Shown here piece by piece: positions 18,618 through 28,419 of a stretch of DNA of 59,792 nt. The DNA is from Flavobacteriales bacterium (GTDB lineage: Bacteria; Bacteroidota; Bacteroidia; NS11-12g; UBA955): positions 1-59,792 of the forward strand of contig CANKVM010000003.1 of assembly GCA_947487175.1 (NCBI GenBank), given 5' to 3'. The position numbers and the translations under genes are program-made. Every line of letters starts with the position of its first letter. Position 1 is the first letter of the stretch. The notes beneath the pieces were generated by a model. It saw only the letters and a program-made list of their open reading frames with translations. It did not search any database and had not been told where the DNA came from.

Positions 18618-19028
18618 ATGCCTAAAAAACTTGAACATATAGGAATTGCGGTAAGCAATTTAGAAGCTTCAGAAAAATTATTCACAAAACTTCTGGGAGT
18701 GTCGCCATACAAGAGAGAATTGGTTGAAAGCGAGATGGTAATGACATCATTTTTTTTATTGGGGGACATTAAATTTGAGCTATTGGCCGCTACAAGCCCA
18801 GAGAGCACCATTGCAAAATTTATAGAAAAAAAAGGCGAGGGACTACATCATCTGGCGTTTGAGTCAGATAATATTGTTGACGAATTGGCTGAAAAGGAAA
18901 ATCAAAATTTCCAACTGATTCACCAAGTTCCAAAAGACGGTGCCGACAATAAAACAATTGCTTTCTTGCATCCCAAAACTACTGGTGGAGTTCTTACTGA
19001 ACTTTGTCAAGAAAAATCTAATCCCTAA
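18618..19028 (+). CDS. mce: Methylmalonyl-CoA epimerase
   Basis: HIGIAV, GEGLHHLAF, FLHPK..GGVLTELCQ. Confidence 0.9.
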   Translation: MPKKLEHIGIAVSNLEASEKLFTKLLGVSPYKRELVESEMVMTSFFLLGDIKFELLAATSPESTIAKFIEKKGEGLHHLAFESDNIVDELAEKENQNFQLIHQVPKDGADNKTIAFLHPKTTGGVLTELCQEKSNP

Positions 19029-19115
19029 CTTTCCTTCACTACCTTTGTGCAAAAGATGTAGATGCTTTTTTTGAAAAATTTAACAAACTTGAACCTACGT
19101 CAATATATTTGAGAA

Positions 19116-20585
19116 ATGAGTTTTTTTCCGTCAGATTGGGATGATGAAGAGGACGAAGATAACTTCGATCCGTTTCAAGGAGATATAGATTCTCTTGTAA
19201 GCGATTTTGAAAATAAATCTCGCGACAATTTCACTGCACGCGAACTTATGGAGCTTTTCCGTTTTTACAACAGTCAAATTGCCCTTCCCGGCGAAATTAG
19301 AAACGAAAATTATTCAAAAATAATTATAGAATTAGGCATTCAACAGTTTCCTTACATGCCAATTTTCACCCTGCACATGGTTGAAATATTTTTGAGGGAA
19401 AACAAATACAAACAAGCTCATACTTCTCTAGCTCAGGCGACTGCCTATACCCCTTTCGACCCTGCGTTAATGATGATGAAGTCCATTTGCTACAGCCATG
19501 AAGGCGCTAGAAAATTGGCATTAGAATCCTTGCTCGCTGCATTAGAAATTGCAGGAAACGATGAAGAACAATTAGAAGATTTCCTAGAAATGGCTTTGTA
19601 TCATGAGCAATATGATTTAACACTTCCAATTGTTGAAAAAGCGCTAAATGCAGGTGCCGAAATTAGTCCAATAATTGAGAAATATATTGCCCGTGCCGAA
19701 GATGATGGTTTAATTGCTGAACTCATACCTACAATTGAAGCAATAATTGAACAGGATCCTTATTCATCTGAGGCATGGTATGTTTTGGGCTCTGGGTATT
19801 TGGCTCAAGAAAAGCATAAGGAAGCACTAAGAGCCTTTGATTTTGCTGTTACTATCAACGACAATTTCAGCGATGCTTGGATTGCATTAATGGAGTGCAA
19901 TTATGAGCTTTCAAATTACGAAACATTTATTTCGCTTTACAACGAACAAATTGAACGCTTTCCAAAAAAGATTTTTGAAGAATTGGAAGGACTTTTGGCT
20001 TGGAGTTACCATGAAACAAGTCAAACAGCAAAAGCCCGTGAAATATATAAAGATGTATTAAATAGAGACCCTACAGATGCCGAAAGTTGGTATAGTTTAG
20101 GATTAACTTGGCAACAGGAAAGCAATTACACGAATGCCATACCTTATCTTGAAAAAGCTTATGAACTTGATTCAATTGAAGTTGATTATGGCTTAGTACT
20201 TGCCACTAGTTATGTTGCTACCAATAACATTGAAAAATGGGAAGCGCTATTTGAACAATTAAGCACCGAATTCCCATTTCAACCCGAAGTTTGGCTAGAT
20301 TGGGGTGTTGCACTTCATGAAAACGGCGAAATCAACAAAGCACTCGACATTACTGAACAGGGCTTAGAAAATAGCCCACGAAGTCCAGCATTATTATATA
20401 GAATGGGAGCTTTATGTTATTTGTCAGGCAACCAAGATGTGGCCATACTTATTTTAGAAAGGGCATTAGAATTGAATCCGCAAGAACATTTCACCCTCTT
20501 TATATTTGCACCAGAACTCAAAAAAGCACTTCGCGTTTTAGAGTGTATATCAAGATTTACTCAACCAAAATTTTCAGATGAATAA
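19116..20585 (+). CDS. Cytoplasmic acidic tetratricopeptide-repeat protein
   Basis: Repeated (E)AW..LG..Y...A.....P TPR motifs; no signal peptide. Confidence 0.8.
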   Translation: MSFFPSDWDDEEDEDNFDPFQGDIDSLVSDFENKSRDNFTARELMELFRFYNSQIALPGEIRNENYSKIIIELGIQQFPYMPIFTLHMVEIFLRENKYKQAHTSLAQATAYTPFDPALMMMKSICYSHEGARKLALESLLAALEIAGNDEEQLEDFLEMALYHEQYDLTLPIVEKALNAGAEISPIIEKYIARAEDDGLIAELIPTIEAIIEQDPYSSEAWYVLGSGYLAQEKHKEALRAFDFAVTINDNFSDAWIALMECNYELSNYETFISLYNEQIERFPKKIFEELEGLLAWSYHETSQTAKAREIYKDVLNRDPTDAESWYSLGLTWQQESNYTNAIPYLEKAYELDSIEVDYGLVLATSYVATNNIEKWEALFEQLSTEFPFQPEVWLDWGVALHENGEINKALDITEQGLENSPRSPALLYRMGALCYLSGNQDVAILILERALELNPQEHFTLFIFAPELKKALRVLECISRFTQPKFSDE

Positions 20586-21342
20586 CGACTTATTTCAACT
20601 TACAAAACTTCCGGAAAGAAGTGCTAAACCTAGACAAAATGGCATAACAATGGTTATGGACAAAGGTTTATCATTAGGGGAAGTAGAAAACTTTATTTCC
20701 ATGAATGAGCCTCATACCGATATTGTAAAACTCGGATTCGGTACAAGTTTTGTTAGCCCTAATTTAATCGAAAAAATTAATCTTTATCATTCCGCAAATA
20801 TTCCAGTTTATTTTGGTGGTACATTGTTTGAAGCTTATATCGCCAGAAATCAATTTGATGATTATTTAAGGCTCCTAGACAAAACCAAAATTACCTTTGC
20901 AGAGGTTAGTGACGGCAGCTTAGATATGCATCATGATGAAAAATGCGAATATATTCGCACTTTGGCAAAGAACTTCACCGTACTAAGTGAAGTAGGAAGC
21001 AAAGATGCCGAAAAAATCATCCCTCCATACGAATGGATTGAACAAATGGAAACTGAGTTAGAAGCTGGTGCTTGGAAGGTCATTGGCGAAGCACGTGAAT
21101 CTGGAACGGTTGGAATTTTCAGAGGCACTGGAGAGGTTCGTTCGGGATTGGTTGCTGAAATAATACGTAAAATTCCTCAAGATAAAATCATCTGGGAAGC
21201 ACCTCAAAAAGCGCAACAAGTATGGTTTATACAGCTTTATGGCACAAACATAAACTTAGGAAACATTGCACCCAACGAAGTAATTCCATTAGAAACACTG
21301 CGCATTGGTTTGCGCGGAGATAGTTTTCACTTCTTCTTATAA
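20578..21342 (+). CDS. comA: Phosphosulfolactate synthase (ComA/Hsa32 family)
   Basis: KPR..GITMVMDKG, KLGFGT, EVGSK, EARESG, LETLR.GLRGD. Confidence 0.85.
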   Translation: MNNDLFQLTKLPERSAKPRQNGITMVMDKGLSLGEVENFISMNEPHTDIVKLGFGTSFVSPNLIEKINLYHSANIPVYFGGTLFEAYIARNQFDDYLRLLDKTKITFAEVSDGSLDMHHDEKCEYIRTLAKNFTVLSEVGSKDAEKIIPPYEWIEQMETELEAGAWKVIGEARESGTVGIFRGTGEVRSGLVAEIIRKIPQDKIIWEAPQKAQQVWFIQLYGTNINLGNIAPNEVIPLETLRIGLRGDSFHFFL

Positions 21343-21344
21343 CA

Positions 21345-21376
21345 AAAAAAGGCGAATCTTGAGATTCGCCTTTTTT
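21345..21376. terminator. Bidirectional intrinsic terminator
   Basis: AAAAAAGGCGAATC-ttga-GATTCGCCTTTTTT. Confidence 0.9.
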
Positions 21377-21397
21377 GTTATTTATTGCTTGATTTTA

Positions 21398-21895
21398 TTA
21401 TTTGTATTTATTTACCAATTGAAGCAAACCTTCCTTGTCAAGCGCACCCAATTGTTTAAAAATTACTTCTCCTTTTTTGAAGAAAATAATTGTAGGATAA
21501 CCTTCTAAATTATATTTACTTGAAATATCCAATTGTGCTTCTGCATCTACTTTAATTACGTTCACAATGTCAGATTTTTCAGCTTTTATTTCAGCAACAA
21601 ATGGAGCCATTTGCTTACAAGGACCACACCAAGTGGTATAAAAGTCAACCATAGATAACTTTTCGCTTGCTATTTCTTTGTTGAATTCATCAAGAGTTAA
21701 CTTTTTATGATCGTTGGTCACAGCTACATTCTCCACTGGCGTAGCAGCAATTGTTTCAGGCGTAATTGCCGTGGGAGCTGCAGTGTCTAGATTCATTGCT
21801 TCATTTGATTTTGATTGACAACTAGCCAATAAAAACACACTCAATCCCAAAAAAACTGGGGTAAATATTCTGTTCATTAAAAATCTTCTTTCCAT
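21398..21895 (-). CDS. Thioredoxin-family lipoprotein
   Basis: LLASC lipobox; WCGPC active site. Confidence 0.88.
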   Translation of the reverse strand: MERRFLMNRIFTPVFLGLSVFLLASCQSKSNEAMNLDTAAPTAITPETIAATPVENVAVTNDHKKLTLDEFNKEIASEKLSMVDFYTTWCGPCKQMAPFVAEIKAEKSDIVNVIKVDAEAQLDISSKYNLEGYPTIIFFKKGEVIFKQLGALDKEGLLQLVNKYK

Positions 21896-21899
21896 AACA

Positions 21900-21931
21900 C
21901 AAAGTTACTTCAGATAAAATGAATATTTTTG
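21900..21931. promoter_or_regulatory. Back-to-back -7 elements, each 4 nt from a start codon
   Basis: Minus strand TAACTTTG (21900-21907) and plus strand TATTTTTG (21924-21931). Confidence 0.7.
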
Positions 21932-21935
21932 CTGT

Positions 21936-22883
21936 ATGTCAGAAAAAAACATAGAATTATCAGTCATTGTACCTTTGTTCAATGAAGAGCAAAATATAGG
22001 TGCTCTAAATGAGCGAATAATCACTGTATTGGCATCTATGTCTATATCGAATGAAGTGATCTATATAAACGATGGCAGCAAAGACAAAACCCTGCCTCTA
22101 ATCATTGGATTAACATATCAATTTCCGAATATTAAGTACATTGATTTTTCAAGAAATTTCGGACATCAGCAAGCCATTTCTGCTGGAATACAATTTGCAA
22201 AAGGCAAATATTTAGTAATTATGGATGGTGATGGCCAAGATCCACCCGAGCTCATTCCGGAGTTATATGAAAAAGCTTGCAGCGGATTTGAAGTGGTATA
22301 TGCAAAACGCAAAAAGCGTCAAGGTGAGGGATTGCTAAAGAAATTTACCGCAAAACTATTCTATCGCATACTAGCAAAAATTACCAATATTGAAATCCCA
22401 GTTGATACAGGCGATTTTAGAATTATCCATCAAAAAGTACAAAGAATATTGAATCAAATGCCTGAGCAGCATAAATATATTAGAGGACAAATTGCATGGA
22501 TTGGGTTTAATCAAACCTTTATTGAATACGACCGAGAGGAAAGAATGTCGGGTCAAACAAAATTTACTTACCGCAAAATGATAGGATTTGCAATTGATGG
22601 GATCAGCGGATTTAGCACTTGGCCTTTAAAAGTGGCTACCATAAGTGGATTCATTGTATCATTCATTTCATTTATGCTCATCATTTATAGTTTATACCAA
22701 AAATTCTTTGGTGAAACTGAAAAAGGTTGGACATCGCTCAATATTTCGGTTTTATTTATTGGGGGAATACAACTCATTGGAATAGGAATATTGGGTGAAT
22801 ACTTAGGCCGAGTGAGTGAAAATGTAAAAAATAGACCTCATTTTATTGTGAGAGATTCGAATTTAAATTCAAATGAATCTTAA
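21936..22883 (+). CDS. GT2 polyprenol-phosphate glycosyltransferase (GtrB/ArnC-like)
   Basis: NDGSKD, FSRNFGHQ, DGDGQDPP, TGDFR, two C-terminal TM helices, GEYLGR. Confidence 0.92.
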   Translation: MSEKNIELSVIVPLFNEEQNIGALNERIITVLASMSISNEVIYINDGSKDKTLPLIIGLTYQFPNIKYIDFSRNFGHQQAISAGIQFAKGKYLVIMDGDGQDPPELIPELYEKACSGFEVVYAKRKKRQGEGLLKKFTAKLFYRILAKITNIEIPVDTGDFRIIHQKVQRILNQMPEQHKYIRGQIAWIGFNQTFIEYDREERMSGQTKFTYRKMIGFAIDGISGFSTWPLKVATISGFIVSFISFMLIIYSLYQKFFGETEKGWTSLNISVLFIGGIQLIGIGILGEYLGRVSENVKNRPHFIVRDSNLNSNES

Positions 22884-24417
22884 AAATAAAAATACCCAAT
22901 TTATTTTATTTTGGATACTGCTTCATGTATTCTTTAACTGGATTGAATACATTCATCTGCCACCTTTTGGAATGCACCAAGGTGCGCAAGCCGATAGAGC
23001 AAGCATTGCATTGAATTACTTCAATTATTCAGAGAATTTTTTCGAGCCAAGGGTAATGGAATCAAGGGCTTACCATGGGCTTACTGGTTTGGAATTTCCG
23101 ATTATTCAATACATTGTTAGTTTACTGTATCAATTATTCGGATTTCATCATTTCATTTATCGTGCGGTAATGGGTTCAATCGTATTTGCAGGTTGTTTTG
23201 CTATTTGGAAACTAACTGGTATGTATGTTTTAAAAACCATACATAGATACTGTATTTTTACACTTTGGTATTCATCGCCAATCTTGGTTTATTATTCATT
23301 TAATTACATTCCAGATATACCAGCATTCTCATTTTCAATGATTGCATGGTACTATTTTTTCCAATATTATCAAGGTTTGAATAAAAACAAATCGTTCAAT
23401 CTTTATATTTTATTTACAACCTTATCTGGCTTATTGAAAGTAACATTCTTTATCAATCATTTTGCCATTTTAGGGATTATTTTATTGCAAAAGATCTATC
23501 CAAACACAATTCGTAATCAAGTTATATTCAAACCAAAGCAATTTGCATTGTACTTCTTGCCATTTGTTTTTGTTTCAGCCTGGTATTATTATTCAAATTA
23601 CTTGACACAACTCACTTGGAACCATCATTTTTTACAAGCAACAAATCCTGCAAAATCAATATCAGATTTCATTGAAAATACCCGTTTTTCTTTCAATACT
23701 TGGGGCAATAGAATTTATCCATTTTCAGTATTGATGGGGGTTTTGATTATTTGGCTCATATCATTAATCAAGTATTTTAAACAATTAGACATAATTGGAT
23801 ATATAGGTTTATTCCTGTTCGGAGGATTTGTCATTATTTTTACGCTGTTTAATATTCAATTTCGCTACCACGATTATTATTTTGTGGTTTTGTACCCTTG
23901 TTTGTTTTTTATATTTCTATGGCTCTATAAAATGCACATTGAAAATAGAAGTTTCTTTACCGGGCTGGCAGGTTTAGCCAGTTTAATTGCAATGTATGTT
24001 TTGCCAATTTCAAATAGCATTCATGCAAAAAACAATGTAAAACGCACATTTACAAACAACGACTATTATTGCCAAAACGTTATTGGAAATATTGATGATT
24101 ATCAAAAGGCAAAAGCGTTTATTGATAAAAAATATCCAAACGATAATGAGATTTTCTCCGCCTTCGACCCTAGCCCCAATACATCTTTATATTTGCTTGG
24201 AAGGCAAGGAATTAGAATAGCAAAAGATTTCAACAAAGAGGTAATTGAAGATATTTTCGATAGAAAATTCGAAGAAAAAGACACCAAATTCCTACCTATA
24301 ATTGTAATCAATGATTACCAATTTTGGAAAAATTTAAACTTAGAAAAATATCAAATTTCAGCACCGATTTTTACTTCAGGCAATTTATATATTTGTTATT
24401 TCAATAAAATAAAATAA
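22873..24417 (+). CDS. GT-C fold membrane glycosyltransferase (ArnT/PMT-like)
   Basis: Multi-TM protein; H...QAD luminal loop, EFP, PD motif, HDYY; overlaps the GT2 gene. Confidence 0.65.
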   Translation: MNLKNKNTQFILFWILLHVFFNWIEYIHLPPFGMHQGAQADRASIALNYFNYSENFFEPRVMESRAYHGLTGLEFPIIQYIVSLLYQLFGFHHFIYRAVMGSIVFAGCFAIWKLTGMYVLKTIHRYCIFTLWYSSPILVYYSFNYIPDIPAFSFSMIAWYYFFQYYQGLNKNKSFNLYILFTTLSGLLKVTFFINHFAILGIILLQKIYPNTIRNQVIFKPKQFALYFLPFVFVSAWYYYSNYLTQLTWNHHFLQATNPAKSISDFIENTRFSFNTWGNRIYPFSVLMGVLIIWLISLIKYFKQLDIIGYIGLFLFGGFVIIFTLFNIQFRYHDYYFVVLYPCLFFIFLWLYKMHIENRSFFTGLAGLASLIAMYVLPISNSIHAKNNVKRTFTNNDYYCQNVIGNIDDYQKAKAFIDKKYPNDNEIFSAFDPSPNTSLYLLGRQGIRIAKDFNKEVIEDIFDRKFEEKDTKFLPIIVINDYQFWKNLNLEKYQISAPIFTSGNLYICYFNKIK

Positions 24418-25821
24418 TTAGAAAATTTGATATCCTAGGTGCATTCCAATTCCTCCACCATGCCATTTTGAAGGATTCACAAAAGACTCAATTCCTATTA
24501 CATTAATACCCAAAACTAATGGTTTTCCTTTAAAATTAAATGAATTAAAACTCAATCCACAGTTTATATCAAAATCATCAAATCCACCGACACTTGCACC
24601 AACTTGGTAAAAAAACGGTGAGGTTTTATTGCTCTTTTTACTAGTGTATTTTCCCTTAAAAGTTGCCATATAATTCAATCGTGGCAAGTAGCCAATCATA
24701 TTGATATATTTTAAAGAAATCAATTGGTTGTATAATTTAGAATTGGAATTATTTCTATTTCTAAAATCTATTCCTGCATAAATTGTAAATGGAGACATAA
24801 TCATTCCTCTGCGTTTAGAATCAACCAAATTCATCTTACTTACAATACTATCTTTTTGTCTGGTAAACCAAGAACCGAAGCGCAAATCTGATGCATTAAT
24901 TTGCACAGCCATTAAGTTTAATGGCTTAGAATCCTGATAGCTATCAGGAGTTAGCCCTTCGCCGTTTGCATTCCATACAGCGTCTTTGCTGGTAACATTC
25001 ACATCTGAAAAACTGTAAAACCCGAAATTTTGCAATTTCAATTCAATGTTCGTCAATATTCCACCAGCTTGATAAATAGATTTTGTTAAATCTAATCCTG
25101 CTTGCAATCCATACCCATTTCCACCAAAAGAATATCCAGTAGAAGCAAAATACCCACTTCCAGATAAATCAACCTTATCGCCCAATTGATCACTTGTTAA
25201 CTTAATATCTTTGGTTGAAATTCGAGTATAAGACAAGCATTGTCCGAACTGAATACTTGGATTTACAGTAAATCCAAAGAATTTCGACTTAGTTTTAAAT
25301 ACAAATCGAAGTACTCTATTTCTCCAAGATTCAATTTCATTATTATCGGCATTTAATGTTTGACCCAAATAATTGGTATTTCCTTGAAAAAACATCCGGA
25401 AAGCATCTTGGGTAAAATTTGCCCCTAGCACATCTTGAATTAGCAATTCAACCGTTTTTAAGGATATGTTTTTATTACTTTCGATACCAATTATTGGATA
25501 AAGCGTTAAACGATACTCTTGGCTTGCTCCCATTCGATTTGAGCTACTTAATAAAGACTGATAAGCATTCATACTTTCAGGAGATATGTAACCTCCAAAT
25601 GCAAATTTAGACACCATAGAAAGAGGTACTGCGTTTGACCCAGATTCGATATCAAATGATGCTATTGGCATTACCATTGATACATTATTGCTTATAACCG
25701 GTTCGAGATTAGTTCTAATTGGGAAACCTATTTTAGCTTTACCCAATGAATCATTCAATCCAAGTAATTGATAAACAGGTAAAAGACCAACCAATAAAAC
25801 AAGTTTAATTCCTAGCTTCAT
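24418..25821 (-). CDS. Putative outer-membrane beta-barrel (DUF5723-like)
   Basis: Signal peptide from ATG 25821, amphipathic strands, C-terminal GIGMHLGYQIF. Confidence 0.55.
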   Translation of the reverse strand: MKLGIKLVLLVGLLPVYQLLGLNDSLGKAKIGFPIRTNLEPVISNNVSMVMPIASFDIESGSNAVPLSMVSKFAFGGYISPESMNAYQSLLSSSNRMGASQEYRLTLYPIIGIESNKNISLKTVELLIQDVLGANFTQDAFRMFFQGNTNYLGQTLNADNNEIESWRNRVLRFVFKTKSKFFGFTVNPSIQFGQCLSYTRISTKDIKLTSDQLGDKVDLSGSGYFASTGYSFGGNGYGLQAGLDLTKSIYQAGGILTNIELKLQNFGFYSFSDVNVTSKDAVWNANGEGLTPDSYQDSKPLNLMAVQINASDLRFGSWFTRQKDSIVSKMNLVDSKRRGMIMSPFTIYAGIDFRNRNNSNSKLYNQLISLKYINMIGYLPRLNYMATFKGKYTSKKSNKTSPFFYQVGASVGGFDDFDINCGLSFNSFNFKGKPLVLGINVIGIESFVNPSKWHGGGIGMHLGYQIF

Positions 25822-27844
25822 ACTCAAATTGAATTCTAGATTTTACTTTCAACTTACTGGTATTAAAAAGTCGTTGCATTTTGCCATTGCCTTTCACTTT
25901 CATTTTCAAAGCCACATAACCCGCTGTTTTTAACATACCCACTTTTTCTCTCGGCAATTTTATTACCATCATAGAATTATTCGCTTTTACAGGATAACCA
26001 TTAGCATCTACATCACCCGCCAAAATTCCAGAAACGGGCTCAACATTCAAAAACCCTAATGATTTATATTGGTTATCAAGCATCTCTACTTCAATTCCAA
26101 AATCCATAGGGAATGAATTTGTCATATCTAAGAACAAAGTAGCACTTTTTATCCGCTCCATTGCACCAATATTACTCAAATTCAAACCTTGTGTGTCCCT
26201 CAAAACAAAACCACCAAAAGCAAATGTTGCAGGCGCTTGAACCCTCATAATTACATCTAACCGCGAATTGTCAAACACAAAATCCTTGTAATTATTGACA
26301 TTGCCATTGGGTGAAATTTCAGTTTCCAAGTCATAATTTAATTTCTGAGGGAGATTTTCTAAAAAGGACTTAATATTTGAATTGTTTGGATTTAAATCAA
26401 CCACAGTTTCAGTATATTTATCTCTTTGAAAAATGGGCGATGTCACAAACAAATCATTCATCAGTGGATTCGCACTTAACGCCACTTTACTGTTAGTAAA
26501 AACATTTTCACCTTCCAATGAATGTAATTTGAATCTACCATCAGTACCAATGCTGTTTCTCAATACAAATGAAACATTGATGTCTTTTACCTTTAAATCT
26601 CCGTCTAAGCCCTTAAATAAACTAAAATCTGTTACTTTTGGACCTGTTCTACTCAAAGAATTACCCAAATAACCAATGGCATATTCTGGTTTTAGACCTT
26701 CAATACGATATGTAAGCTTGATACTGTCTTTTAAACTTACAGCCAGCTTTCTTCCGCTACTGTCAAGTGTAACTCTTAAAATTTGATGGAAAGTATTTAC
26801 AGTATCATTTGTTAATGGATCTTTCCCTCTAAAATCCAACAAATACCCCGACATATCATATATCTGCTGGGTTGTTGCAACGCCATTTCCTACTGATCCT
26901 GGCATTTTGAGTTCTTGATAAAAAGGTTTGCCATCTTTCATTGCTCCTGGCAAAGAAAGAACCATAGACATATTTTCTTGAATTGTGCTTTCTACTTTAA
27001 TTCTCAATTGACCAGAAGCCACCTTGAAATACTTTACCTCAGCACCACCCATGTAAAGCGTTAAACCTTCATCCTGATCAATTACATTTTGGGTTGGAAA
27101 TGCGGCAATTGCGTTTCTAGGCCTTAAATTGCGAACAGATAACTTCACATTAATACCCTTACTGGCATCAATTAAAACCAAACCACCACTTGCCTCTGTT
27201 ATAAGTTTTTTAATTGTTCCCTTTAATGTCTTAGTAACGGTTTTATTTCTTAAATCAATGGTTTTTATTGCAATTCCACCATTTTTATTGATATTTTTAA
27301 AAGAATCAAGCGCTACAACAGTATTGTCACCCGCATTTGTTAATTCAAACACAATTAATGAAATATTTACAGGCAAACCATTGGTGATTGATATATCTAA
27401 ATAACCCGTATCTAATGTTGCAGTTTCAAAAAACGCACTAGCATCAATATCGGTAGGTTCTAAATTAGACTGTACTTGTGCTGGAATATCAGCAGTTTGT
27501 CCATTTAAAATTTTAAACAATGGATTAATTTGCCCCAAAGTGATGTTGTTTTCAATAGTTCTATCGCTTAGTTTTAGTTTTCTTAAACTAAAAAAGGCAT
27601 CAATTCCAGTATCTGTAGCCTGCAAATCATTGATTTTGTATCTATAAATTAGATTTTCATAATTCAATAAATAACTGCTATCTGTCAATGTTGGCTTTAA
27701 ATATCGCGTATCAACATTGTCAAGCGACATTTCAGTTTGAAATAATGGCAGTGTTGAATTGACGTCCCAACTTGTTTGCTCTCTAGAACATGCAATAAAC
27801 AGCATTGCAGAAATGATGAATATATTTACCTTTTTAAAAATCAT
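25805..27844 (-). CDS. Uncharacterised beta-rich lipoprotein with internal domain repeats
   Basis: Lipobox FIAC (Cys19); W...LPL motif after the Cys; repeated ..L.I...N.(L/F)P motif. Confidence 0.65.
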   Translation of the reverse strand: MIFKKVNIFIISAMLFIACSREQTSWDVNSTLPLFQTEMSLDNVDTRYLKPTLTDSSYLLNYENLIYRYKINDLQATDTGIDAFFSLRKLKLSDRTIENNITLGQINPLFKILNGQTADIPAQVQSNLEPTDIDASAFFETATLDTGYLDISITNGLPVNISLIVFELTNAGDNTVVALDSFKNINKNGGIAIKTIDLRNKTVTKTLKGTIKKLITEASGGLVLIDASKGINVKLSVRNLRPRNAIAAFPTQNVIDQDEGLTLYMGGAEVKYFKVASGQLRIKVESTIQENMSMVLSLPGAMKDGKPFYQELKMPGSVGNGVATTQQIYDMSGYLLDFRGKDPLTNDTVNTFHQILRVTLDSSGRKLAVSLKDSIKLTYRIEGLKPEYAIGYLGNSLSRTGPKVTDFSLFKGLDGDLKVKDINVSFVLRNSIGTDGRFKLHSLEGENVFTNSKVALSANPLMNDLFVTSPIFQRDKYTETVVDLNPNNSNIKSFLENLPQKLNYDLETEISPNGNVNNYKDFVFDNSRLDVIMRVQAPATFAFGGFVLRDTQGLNLSNIGAMERIKSATLFLDMTNSFPMDFGIEVEMLDNQYKSLGFLNVEPVSGILAGDVDANGYPVKANNSMMVIKLPREKVGMLKTAGYVALKMKVKGNGKMQRLFNTSKLKVKSRIQFEYEARN

Positions 27845-27863
27845 TTAATGCGCAATTTACATT

Positions 27864-28334
27864 TTATTTGGCGAGTCCCCAACCAAATTGAGTGCCTAAC
27901 AAACTTTTACCACCAAAAATCATTATCCCCCAAATAAAAATAGAGATAATCATATAAGTTACTATTTTGGGTCTGTTGTGAATAAACGTTATTGCCAATA
28001 AACAACCAACGGTTAAACTAATGACCACTGGCGCCAAGAAAGCAACCAATGGCAATCCACCATTCTTTCTGATTTTCACCAAAAATCGATTCTTTTTAGT
28101 GAAAACTAAAGGTTTTTTATATTTATCGCCTTGTCTTCTAATTTTACGCTCTCTAAAAAACCGGGTTAATTCAGTTCCGCCATAAACATATATTAAAACT
28201 GAAATACCTGAACCTATGGTGGTTGAAAGGAATCCTTCAATCGGATTCAGCCACTTTAAAGCAAAGGTTACACCAATTAAATACTTGATAATTGATAAAC
28301 CCACAGTGCCTAAAACCTTAAAAATTAATTCCAT
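27864..28334 (-). CDS. Hypothetical membrane protein (about 4 TM, basic loop)
   Basis: Hydrophobic segments flanking an R/K-rich FTKKNRFLVKIRK loop. Confidence 0.65.
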   Translation of the reverse strand: MELIFKVLGTVGLSIIKYLIGVTFALKWLNPIEGFLSTTIGSGISVLIYVYGGTELTRFFRERKIRRQGDKYKKPLVFTKKNRFLVKIRKNGGLPLVAFLAPVVISLTVGCLLAITFIHNRPKIVTYMIISIFIWGIMIFGGKSLLGTQFGWGLAK

Positions 28335-28419
28335 TTTTTACAATTTACGCAATTTATGGCAATTTTTTCTAGAAATCGGCACCTCATAAAAGATAATACC
28401 TCAAAAATTATACGCAAAT

